Source: Opitutaceae bacterium
GTDB lineage: Bacteria > Verrucomicrobiota > Verrucomicrobiia > Opitutales > Coraliomargaritaceae
Direction: 5' to 3'
Length of the DNA: 64,000 nt
Assembly (NCBI GenBank): GCA_051252375.1
Contig: JBPOFY010000004.1
Coordinates: 96,001-160,000 of the forward strand
A program made the translations under genes and the position numbers. Positions 38,905 to 47,423 of this stretch are shown piece after piece. Every line of letters starts with the position of its first letter. The first letter of the stretch is position 1. Under the pieces are notes generated by a model. That model saw only the letters and a list, made by a program, of their open reading frames with translations. It searched no databases and had not been told where the DNA came from.

Positions 38905-41082
38905 TTAATTCTTAAGTAAACCCGCTTTCGAAACATCCAATGGGACAATACCAAGTTTTAGGGCAGGTGAATCGGGATGAAAACGGAAATCGCCATTTTC
39001 GGGATCTACAAAGAGCGGATCGACGGCTAGACTGTGCGCATCCACACCCTCGCTTTGTTTCTTATCGAGAACGCTTTGGCTGACACTGGAATCACCAGCA
39101 GAGAAATAGATGTTAAAGTCCGTATCGGCGTCTTTAGCGAGGGCGGCGTCTGGCACCCGGAAATTTTTACCCTCCTCATAAAACCGCGGATTGCCGCCGG
39201 CTAGATCGTAAAGAATGTTTCGCTGATAAGCCCCTCCCGTCATCGGCCCCTCATAGAGCTTGAAGTAAGACGCGCGCTCCTGCTTCCCCTTGTGGGTGCC
39301 AGGGATAATATCCACGATAAAGTTGTTAATCGCGTGATTATTGAGCTTCACCTGCATCCCTTGCGAAACGCATTTATAGACCACGTTCTCAGTGATAAGC
39401 GTGTCGCGCTGGCCTCCGTCAGTCCGAAGCGCAGACTGCATCACGGTAGTCGCCAATAGATGGTGAATGAAGTTGCGACGAATGATATTTCCGGCGCCTG
39501 CACCGCGAATATAGATACCATTACCATCAGCTAGTTGCTGCATCGCATGGTGGATTTCGTTATACTCGATCAAATTATCATGCGTGTGCAAGTAAGGGCG
39601 CACCTCTTCCAGACTGCGCTCCCCGCGCTTACCCTTGACTTCATGCCAGCGGATCGTCGGCGACATCTCGCGGCTCCACTTCTTGAAAAAGTCCGTCATC
39701 ACTCCCGAGATGATAATGCCCGCATACGGCGTGTGATGAATCAGGTTATTGGAAACGCGATTCTCACCACTCTGCCAGAGAAAGATGCCCGGCGAGTGTG
39801 CATAAATCGCGCCGGTGTTGTGTATATGATTATTGGATACAAAATTATGATGGTTCACATCCTTGGTGCCTGGGCCATACCCACAAAGTAAAATGCCAGT
39901 GCCACCGATGTGCTCAATGTGGTTCCCCACCACGCGATTGTTTTGAGCATGTAGATCCATGCGAACCGCACCGCCGCCACTGTGTGCAAAATGACAATTA
40001 TCGACAACGCAGTTTTCAGAACCACGGAAACGAAGCATCGCATTGGCTTTATCGTGAAGCTCCCAATCGTGCTGCAAACCTTTATCCCCATCGAGCAGTG
40101 AATAACGATCGCCATGCATGAAAGTCAGACCGCGAAAAACCAGATTACGAACAGGGATATCGGTCGGGCCCAACTCGTCAACTTGCCCTTCGACTCGGAC
40201 GAGTTCCTTTAACTGAGGATATAGAATCGGCGACTGCTCTCTCGGCCAAAGGTAAAGCTTCTGCTCCTGTGTATTCAGCACCCACTCACCCGGCTCATCG
40301 AGAGCCTCCAAAACGTTCTCCACCCAGCAAGAATTCAAGTCACCGAGGAAGTGTAGCGAGTCCATCAAATAAGAGGCGTTTACTGAGGTGTGCGCGACCT
40401 GCTTGTTTTCATCGACCGACTTGAGTGGAAGGATATTTAAAACCCATGCATGATGCGGACGAATCAGTATCTCGACATCGCTAAGATTGGACCAATTCTT
40501 CAGTGTGCCCTCGGGGAAACGAAGTCGATCTTTCGAGCCACCTTCATTCGGCTTAAATCCGGCCGAACGCGCACGTGGCAACAGACCCTCTTTATCGTAG
40601 AGCGTAAAGAAACGTTCCGACACATCTGCAACCAACACTTTACCTACAGCTGCCTCCGGCAGACCGGGCAATGTCGTCGTCACCTTCCGCCACCCCTTGA
40701 CTAGCTTACCAGAACTAAAGATCGGCTTCTCTCCGGGGTATGCTGCGTAAGTAACCGTTGAGTCACCCTTTCCTGAATCTTCAACACCGAAAACCACTGT
40801 CTCGCTAAGCGGATAATGGCCTCCACGTATCTGGACGAGAATGTCTTTGGCAGCCGCGCGCTGGTTTAATGCACGCACGGCGTCGCGCGCTCGCCCTAAG
40901 GTCGAGAACGGTCCATCGCTACCATCCGCATTTGGCTCCGCTAAAGTTCCCGACCATGTGTCCGAGCCTTTGCTAGAAATGTAAAAGTCCACCGCATCCG
41001 CCGAATCAGCATAAGAGGCCCCGCCCCAAATGATACTCAGGACAGAGAGGAAAATGATTTTGATGCCAAAAGAATGACGCAT
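38905..41082 (-). CDS. GH141-like right-handed beta-helix glycoside hydrolase
   Basis: Close paralogue of 8147-10324 (GPFSTLGRARDAVR, GLQHDW, GPGTKDVN, DGNGIYIRG, RTDGGQ). Confidence 0.82.
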   Translation of the reverse strand: MRHSFGIKIIFLSVLSIIWGGASYADSADAVDFYISSKGSDTWSGTLAEPNADGSDGPFSTLGRARDAVRALNQRAAAKDILVQIRGGHYPLSETVVFGVEDSGKGDSTVTYAAYPGEKPIFSSGKLVKGWRKVTTTLPGLPEAAVGKVLVADVSERFFTLYDKEGLLPRARSAGFKPNEGGSKDRLRFPEGTLKNWSNLSDVEILIRPHHAWVLNILPLKSVDENKQVAHTSVNASYLMDSLHFLGDLNSCWVENVLEALDEPGEWVLNTQEQKLYLWPREQSPILYPQLKELVRVEGQVDELGPTDIPVRNLVFRGLTFMHGDRYSLLDGDKGLQHDWELHDKANAMLRFRGSENCVVDNCHFAHSGGGAVRMDLHAQNNRVVGNHIEHIGGTGILLCGYGPGTKDVNHHNFVSNNHIHNTGAIYAHSPGIFLWQSGENRVSNNLIHHTPYAGIIISGVMTDFFKKWSREMSPTIRWHEVKGKRGERSLEEVRPYLHTHDNLIEYNEIHHAMQQLADGNGIYIRGAGAGNIIRRNFIHHLLATTVMQSALRTDGGQRDTLITENVVYKCVSQGMQVKLNNHAINNFIVDIIPGTHKGKQERASYFKLYEGPMTGGAYQRNILYDLAGGNPRFYEEGKNFRVPDAALAKDADTDFNIYFSAGDSSVSQSVLDKKQSEGVDAHSLAVDPLFVDPENGDFRFHPDSPALKLGIVPLDVSKAGLLKN

Positions 41083-41110
41083 ATGGGGCAGATACTAAGA
41101 GGGTTGTTAC

Positions 41111-41312
41111 TTACTTAAATTCTAAACAAAGCACGGTTGCAATAGCATCCAGCGGCGCTGCAGGAAGTTGCACAGAGAAGTCCTTGGACCTGCTCGATCG
41201 AGAGCTTCGAAGCTGGTGCAGCCAACAGATAAGCACTGGCAACTGTCATGCAGGCCAAAAAGCCTAAAACAATTCTACGGATTCGGTCATAAGGCTGACT
41301 TACGTGCTTCAT
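41111..41312 (-). pseudogene. Probable internal-deletion relic of a GH29-like gene
   Basis: ATG 41312 opens a signal-peptide-like segment (RIRRIVLGFLACMTVASAYLLA). In another frame the 3' end reads SVQLPAAPLDAIATVLCLEFK*, resembling the GH29 end ISLPASPVDEYNTVIKVTL of 36034-37482. Confidence 0.55.
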
Positions 41313-41338
41313 CTTTGATACAGTCTCTAATCTTAAAA

Positions 41339-42817
41339 TTAAATGTCCGCTGGCGCCCACTCGGGGATACCTGTTGCCTTCAATTGCTCCTCATAGCGGA
41401 TCTCAAACGGGTGCACGTCGACCTTGGGCAAATCTTCGTTGACCATCAATGGCACCGCCGAGGCCCAAAAAGCTTCATAGGATTTGCGAAGACCGGCGAT
41501 CACTTCAGGATACTGGTCGGCAACATCTTTGCTTTGCTTTGGATCTGCCTCGATATCGTAAAGCTCTGAATTGTTGACTAGGCGCCAGCGCTCGGTGCGG
41601 ACGGCGCTGGGTTTATACTTTAATTTGTTGCGATCACCAGGCTTCCAACGGCCACAGTGCACAAAGAGATCACGGTCCGCCCAATCGGCTTCAGGATTCT
41701 CTAAGAGTGGCAATAGCGAACGACCATCCAGCTCCTGCATATCGTCGGGCAGGTTTGCACCCGCGAGTGCTACGAAAGTTGGAAACAAATCTAAGTGCGC
41801 AGTCAGCACATCGATATCAACTGCCTGTCCGAGAACACCCTCCCAATACCAAAACGCAGGGACGTGTGTGCCTCCTTCGTGCGGGGAATTTTTCGCGCCC
41901 TTCATGCCGAAGTTGAAACGCTCAACCTCTTTACCGTTCTTCTTGATCGGACGCATCGACATGCCGTTGTCAGTTTGAAAAATCACCAACGTGTTTTCCA
42001 AAGCACCCCACTCCGTGAGCTTTTCCATCATAATACCGAAGTTGTCGTCAATGTTCTCAATCATGCCATAGCGACCCGCGGTATCTTCATCATAGCCAGC
42101 ATCGAGAAAGCGCTTCTTGTAATCTTCAGGTGCAAGGAAAGGTCCGTGAGGCGCATTTAGGGCAATGTATGCAAAGTAAGGTGTGCTTGCCGCTTCCTGC
42201 TCCTTGATCCAAGCCAGACCGGCATGAAAAAAGAGGTCTGTGCAAAAACCCTTGGTCTTCACCACCGTGTCATTGTGCAGGAGCGTGCTATCAAAATAGG
42301 TGTTTTCGATGTTGGCAGGAAAGTCGCCATATTGCTTTTGTCCAATACCGCCCGCGCCGTGCATGAGCACTTCATCAAAACCACGATTCTGTGGAAGATA
42401 CTCTGCCCCATCACCGAGGTGCCATTTGCCAAACAACCCCGTCGCATAGCCCGCACTCTGCAAGGCCTGTGGCATGGTGAACAGATCCAAAGCCATACGC
42501 TCGCGCTGTAGGATGGTGTGCGTCACTCCGACCTTGAAAGGAGGTCGACCACTCATGATCGCCGCACGTGTGGGCGCACAAGTCGGGCTGACTTGGAAAT
42601 CGGTGAAACGAGTCGACATGTTATAAAACTTGTCGATATGCGGCGTCTTCACGATCTCATTACCCATGCAGGAAAGATCCCCCATCCCTTGGTCATCGGT
42701 AATGACGAAAATAATATTTGGACGACTACCCTCGAGCGACTTCGCAGAAGCCCCTGTGAATGGGAAACAGATACAGGCTAAGCATGTCGCGAGTTTCAGT
42801 GTTTTATAAAAAGTCAT
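41339..42817 (-). CDS. S1 family sulfatase
   Basis: Start moved to ATG 42817 (MTFYKTLKLATCL... signal peptide); PNIIFVITDDQG, CAPTRAAIMSGR and GKWHLGD motifs; related to 34188-36020. Confidence 0.93.
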   Translation of the reverse strand: MTFYKTLKLATCLACICFPFTGASAKSLEGSRPNIIFVITDDQGMGDLSCMGNEIVKTPHIDKFYNMSTRFTDFQVSPTCAPTRAAIMSGRPPFKVGVTHTILQRERMALDLFTMPQALQSAGYATGLFGKWHLGDGAEYLPQNRGFDEVLMHGAGGIGQKQYGDFPANIENTYFDSTLLHNDTVVKTKGFCTDLFFHAGLAWIKEQEAASTPYFAYIALNAPHGPFLAPEDYKKRFLDAGYDEDTAGRYGMIENIDDNFGIMMEKLTEWGALENTLVIFQTDNGMSMRPIKKNGKEVERFNFGMKGAKNSPHEGGTHVPAFWYWEGVLGQAVDIDVLTAHLDLFPTFVALAGANLPDDMQELDGRSLLPLLENPEADWADRDLFVHCGRWKPGDRNKLKYKPSAVRTERWRLVNNSELYDIEADPKQSKDVADQYPEVIAGLRKSYEAFWASAVPLMVNEDLPKVDVHPFEIRYEEQLKATGIPEWAPADI

Positions 42818-42915
42818 TGTCGAATGAATGAATGTAGGAAGGTATGAAATGTTACTTAAATTTGAGGACTGGAGGTGATGAGATAGTTTACCCAATCGAG
42901 GGGCCCTTTCGCACC

Positions 42916-42951
42916 ACGCATTTGCGTTAGATTTTGATGACGTATATACGT
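42916..42951. promoter_or_regulatory. Putative fucoidan-regulon operator pair
   Basis: ACGCATTTGCGT (42916-42927) and the perfect palindrome ACGTATATACGT (42940-42951), 24 nt apart. Confidence 0.7.
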
Positions 42952-42970
42952 AATAGAACGCCAAGGTCAC

Positions 42971-43648
42971 CTAAAAATCTCTGACCGGGGCAGAATAGAC
43001 CTTGACCATACGCGGCGGCGGCAATGGCACCATAAAGGTGACGATACGCACACTAGGATCATACAAGCACTTCTGCTGCACCAACCTTCTCCGCTTCTTT
43101 ACATCGTCCTTATACGCATCGAGTTTCAGCATATATTTCCCGCGTCCAGTGCGCGGATCTGAAATAACCTCAGATGTGCGAGGCTTCGAAATTAACTTTT
43201 TGTCTCCAACAAGCCCAAACACAGTCATTTGCGACAGATTCACAAAGTAAATTTCTCCGGGGCCAAAAGCGTCGTCGTTCGCATTAACTGCGAAAAGTCG
43301 AATCGGCATAATCGGATTCGATTTATCTTTAAAGACTAAGATTAAGACTTGATTCCAACCTTCAGGAATATTCACCAATGGAGCATTCGCGGGAACCGGA
43401 GTATCCACAGGCAATACCCCTGGTAAAAAGGCCAAGTGTTTCGCCTCCGGAGACAACTTAAATGTCTCCGAGAAATTGTGACGCCCTAAAATTACTTCCT
43501 GAGCCTCAGCGCCTATCTGATATACAAAAGCTTTCTTGGGCGCATCAGCAGCCGCACCGAAATAAATAACACGAGCGGATCGGCCCGCTGAAAATACAAC
43601 AGATACGCTTAAAAAAATAGTGAGTAATGTAAATTTGATTACTTTCAT
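42971..43648 (-). CDS. Exported hypothetical protein, partner of the upstream pseudopilin-like gene; paralogue of 27906-28598
   Basis: Signal peptide; NPIMPIRLFAVNANDDAFGPGEIYFVNLS motif shared with 27906-28598. Confidence 0.85.
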   Translation of the reverse strand: MKVIKFTLLTIFLSVSVVFSAGRSARVIYFGAAADAPKKAFVYQIGAEAQEVILGRHNFSETFKLSPEAKHLAFLPGVLPVDTPVPANAPLVNIPEGWNQVLILVFKDKSNPIMPIRLFAVNANDDAFGPGEIYFVNLSQMTVFGLVGDKKLISKPRTSEVISDPRTGRGKYMLKLDAYKDDVKKRRRLVQQKCLYDPSVRIVTFMVPLPPPRMVKVYSAPVRDF

Positions 43649-43663
43649 AGACCTATCACAAAA

Positions 43664-46600
43664 TCAGACTTCATCGGGTGAAAGCCAACGAAAAGACACT
43701 ATTGAGAAGCGCCGCCCAAACTGTTTGTTAGAATCGGAACTTAGCGTCGTGTCACTGGGAAGCACAGTTGCCACATCCTCATTAAAGTTCACGTAATCAG
43801 CACGACGTTGCACCACCGCTTCGCACAAAGCACTCGACCGTTCTCCGGTAACTGGATTCTTAGACTCTCCATAGGCGCGAATCACAAAGGTATCGTCTCG
43901 AGCTGAGAGGATCGGAGCCAAAGGTCTGAGGATATCTGCTTGACGAATCCAGCCTGGAAACCCGTAAGCCAGATTACCTAGTGCAGCCTCAGGAAATGCC
44001 TGCGACACCGACGCAGGCACGATTACGTCATCCGGATATGTCGACTGTAAGTCGGTATATGGATTTTCGTCGGCGGATCGAGTTGGATCGGATAATGCGA
44101 TTAATGCGGCTTCGACGGCACCCGCGAGAGCAAGGTTTTTTTCAGAAGTGGCATCCGTCAATTTTCGGTTCAAAAACTCAGAAAGCGACAGGAACGGCCC
44201 ACGCTTTTTCACCTGCTCTACGATCTCAGTTGCAAGCGCCTCAATCTGTGTATCCGTAAGTCGCATATGCGTGCCAATTTCAGTATACGGATCATCTGGA
44301 TTATCAGCTGCATTGGCAGCGGGATCACCAGAAAAAGTTGTTCGGCTAACTGGATGGTCATCACTTCCTGTCTCAGTATTAAGGCTCCAGCCCGTAGACC
44401 CTGAATTGTTCGAAACAAAAGGCATATCACCATTACGCAGGTGCTTTAACAGCGCCGACCATGCAGCCACTGAAGTCGAATTCACATTGAACATGCCGTT
44501 CACTTCGATCTTTGATGCGACACTATGCCAGGACTTACTATCTGAAATGACCGTGTTCGCTTCGGATGTTGCAGCCGATGTCGTCATCAGCTTAGCAGGC
44601 ACATACGCCTCATTCGGCAACGAAGCCCCGCCAGATGCAAAATCGCGGTAGACTTCCTGAATCGATCGCGTCTCAGATCCAGGATATGGAGAATAACCAT
44701 TTGTGTCGGGTGCAATCGACGAAACAAACCAATCATCATAGAACAGGTGGTTCGCAACATAACTGTGATCATAAGAAGCACGCCGCGACTCACCAATACC
44801 ATCATCAATGTATACCATATCAGGCTCAATCAGATGGCTAGCGCTACTATTTCCGATCGGATTGGCGATATATGGAAACATGGGATTATAGAATGCCACA
44901 TCGAAATGTTGCAACTCCCCCAACGACCTCAGTGGTCGAGTTGGAATTTCTGCTGCAACCAAATTTTTCAACCCATCATCAATGCGGTAACTAGTGCCGA
45001 TAAGTCCGTAGGGATCACTCGAAGTAATCCCATCAACAGGTAAGCCATCATCAGATGAGCCACCATCAATCCCGTTCGGATATTTGAATACCATATCGTA
45101 TGGAAACGCATCCATCGGCGCATCAATTACAGTATTCGAACCGCCTACATTAATACGATTAGAAAGGTGCCCCTGGATCGGCTTACTGTGAGAATAGCCC
45201 CTCTTACCGACACTGCTCTCAGTAATATTTTGCAACTGACACATGACGATCATGAAAGGAGAAGGAATTGTATCAACAGTGCCTATTGTCTGGGTCGTAT
45301 TCGTGATCTCTGCCGTCGGCCAATACAACTCTGCGTCATTGTAGTTTATCTGAAAGCGATGATCCAACTGAGTTCGCCCCGCCTTCCACTCCAAGGCTGA
45401 AAATTCGAAAGCTGTTCCAGTCGCTTGAATCTCCACCTGAAAGGGAGCATCAACAGCACCAGTCAATTGCGTCCCGTTATGACCATTGTCCATGATTGGA
45501 ACGGTAATTCCGACTGCGTTATCGTAGCCTCGTAGAAAATTAACACGATTGGCCGATTTTGAAGCTGAACTGTAGACACGCGACTCCCCTGGCTGCCAAG
45601 CCTCATTATCAGTGGGAATATTTAAAGTTAGATTATTAATCCGATGATAGAGGCCATCCAAGTCGTAAAAAGCATTTTGAGATGAGCTACCAACTGAGAA
45701 TTTCATTTTGTAGGGCAACTGATTCCCCAGTCTCGTCCAAAAGAAATTAGCCCCTGAAATGGAGACGTTATATGGATTCCAGTAAGTCAGCACTGGCAGG
45801 ATATTCAAAAATGCTTTACTGCCATCAGACGAGAACGAAAACACCCAATGGGTTCGAGCGAGCATGGTTAGTCGAGTCAGGCTATCACGACCACGGTTCG
45901 CGCCTAACTTCTGGGCAAAAGTCACATTGCCCGTAGAACTACCAGAAACTATTTGTTGATACTGCTTGGCGAAATCCACAAGCGCACCCCAACCGACAGA
46001 AGCCCCTCCGAGTTGCGTGCCGTTTTGATTATAAAATAGCCCCTCTTCAGCCCATGGGTAGACCAACCCACCAAATGCTCCAGAGTTCTTCAAGGCTTCC
46101 GTTTCAACACCAGGGCTCAAGGTGTAGAATGGGAACCCAGTAGCACCAGTAGTAGGATTCTGAAGGTTAATCCACTGCTCCGTCATAAGAGAAAGGTCAC
46201 GCCTCCAACCACCATTCGCAGTATTCGTAAGCAAGCCGCGCGCATAACCAGTCGTATCGTGAAAATAAGTCTGCGACAGCGAATCACTACCCGCCAAAGA
46301 ATTACCCAATAAATTTAAGCCATGACGACTAGTCACTTTCCCCACGTCAGTAGCATCCGTAATCTCAAATTCGCTGGCATCTGGGCCAGAATTGCTAGCC
46401 AACAGATCACTCCACCCGAATTCATCGCTTGGTTCTTCTTTCTCACGAAGCAGTGCCTTCGTATTCTCGCCCGAAATCCACCACGCAATCGCACTAGCAC
46501 CATCGTCGATCTCAGTCGGTTTAAGGTGCACTTCAACATCTGACGAATCTGCCGTCGCATCATTCGGGTCTGGAACGACACTTCCCGAGCCAACCAGTTT

Positions 46601-47161
46601 CACAGTCTGATCGGGCCCTGAAATAACCTCCTTTAAGCTAGGTGGATTCGCCGCATCGAAAGTAATCGTAGTGGGCGAGGCATATGCTGAGGAAACCAAC
46701 CAACCCAAAAAGCGACCGTCGCCAGCAGGTGCTGGATCGATGTCCAGATCGCCGAGCTCCAACTTCTGGTCGTAGCGTGGCGGTATCGGCAGGCCGTCGG
46801 ACTGGTGATCACTGCCCTCCCAAGAGCGCCAGACGCCCGTGAGTTGCTTCACATGATTGGCTTTATTCGTCACACCCGCCACAGCTTCGGAGGGCGCGGT
46901 CACGCGTTGGTCTAAACCAGCGGTTTCCTGCAGCTTGCCAATCGCCATATTCAAAGAGAGCAAAGCGGCTTGTTCGGCTTCCATCTGCTGAACCTGTGTA
47001 TCCGAGCCTGCTTGTTCCACCTGAACCAGCGTGGACATTGTCAACAGCAACACTAAGACAAATCCCATCAGTCCGAGCGCGATCACCAGCGCAAAGCCAT
47101 CCGAGGCAGCGCGTCGACTCATGGGCGGTTGGTCAGTCGAAATATTGGGGGTAGTATTCAA
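43664..47161 (-). CDS. Giant PilX/GspK-like pseudopilin-domain protein, copy 2 (alternative start ATG 47122)
   Basis: Class III-like signal DG|FALVIALGLMGFVLVLLL; same conserved blocks as 28622-32071 (DQRVTAP, RGLLTNTANGGWRRDLSL, RGPFLSLSEF.NR, FGRRF.IV.FRWL). Confidence 0.8.
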   Translation of the reverse strand: MNTTPNISTDQPPMSRRAASDGFALVIALGLMGFVLVLLLTMSTLVQVEQAGSDTQVQQMEAEQAALLSLNMAIGKLQETAGLDQRVTAPSEAVAGVTNKANHVKQLTGVWRSWEGSDHQSDGLPIPPRYDQKLELGDLDIDPAPAGDGRFLGWLVSSAYASPTTITFDAANPPSLKEVISGPDQTVKLVGSGSVVPDPNDATADSSDVEVHLKPTEIDDGASAIAWWISGENTKALLREKEEPSDEFGWSDLLASNSGPDASEFEITDATDVGKVTSRHGLNLLGNSLAGSDSLSQTYFHDTTGYARGLLTNTANGGWRRDLSLMTEQWINLQNPTTGATGFPFYTLSPGVETEALKNSGAFGGLVYPWAEEGLFYNQNGTQLGGASVGWGALVDFAKQYQQIVSGSSTGNVTFAQKLGANRGRDSLTRLTMLARTHWVFSFSSDGSKAFLNILPVLTYWNPYNVSISGANFFWTRLGNQLPYKMKFSVGSSSQNAFYDLDGLYHRINNLTLNIPTDNEAWQPGESRVYSSASKSANRVNFLRGYDNAVGITVPIMDNGHNGTQLTGAVDAPFQVEIQATGTAFEFSALEWKAGRTQLDHRFQINYNDAELYWPTAEITNTTQTIGTVDTIPSPFMIVMCQLQNITESSVGKRGYSHSKPIQGHLSNRINVGGSNTVIDAPMDAFPYDMVFKYPNGIDGGSSDDGLPVDGITSSDPYGLIGTSYRIDDGLKNLVAAEIPTRPLRSLGELQHFDVAFYNPMFPYIANPIGNSSASHLIEPDMVYIDDGIGESRRASYDHSYVANHLFYDDWFVSSIAPDTNGYSPYPGSETRSIQEVYRDFASGGASLPNEAYVPAKLMTTSAATSEANTVISDSKSWHSVASKIEVNGMFNVNSTSVAAWSALLKHLRNGDMPFVSNNSGSTGWSLNTETGSDDHPVSRTTFSGDPAANAADNPDDPYTEIGTHMRLTDTQIEALATEIVEQVKKRGPFLSLSEFLNRKLTDATSEKNLALAGAVEAALIALSDPTRSADENPYTDLQSTYPDDVIVPASVSQAFPEAALGNLAYGFPGWIRQADILRPLAPILSARDDTFVIRAYGESKNPVTGERSSALCEAVVQRRADYVNFNEDVATVLPSDTTLSSDSNKQFGRRFSIVSFRWLSPDEV

Positions 47162-47292
47162 ATGAAGAGGTAGTTTCTAAGAGCAATCGTTTGGATAGAG
47201 AAAAAACCACAAACATCGAATACGGATCCTCCTCAAACAGTCGGCTTAATGACTGCCCATTACTTTAACCATTCCCCTCCGAAAACACAATT

Positions 47293-47328
47293 ACGCATAC
47301 ACATTAAAGCGGCATCATGTATTTACTA
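47293..47328. promoter_or_regulatory. Putative fucoidan-regulon operator pair at the head of the locus
   Basis: ACGCATACACAT (47293-47304; identical to 20905-20916) and a weaker ATGTATTTACTA (47317-47328), 24 nt apart. Confidence 0.55.
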
Positions 47329-47423
47329 CTTAGTATTTGGCACCAAAACGCCCAACAGTAGGTAGCATCGCCTCTATAGGGCGAAATGAGCACGAAGCAA
47401 ATGCCTGCAAATCGAGTCGAAAA

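Noticed and set aside
42818..42970. ORF-track 5' extension of the sulfatase (start 42970)
   Set aside because: The extra 51 aa precede a clear signal peptide and overlap the operator pair; ATG 42817 is preferred.
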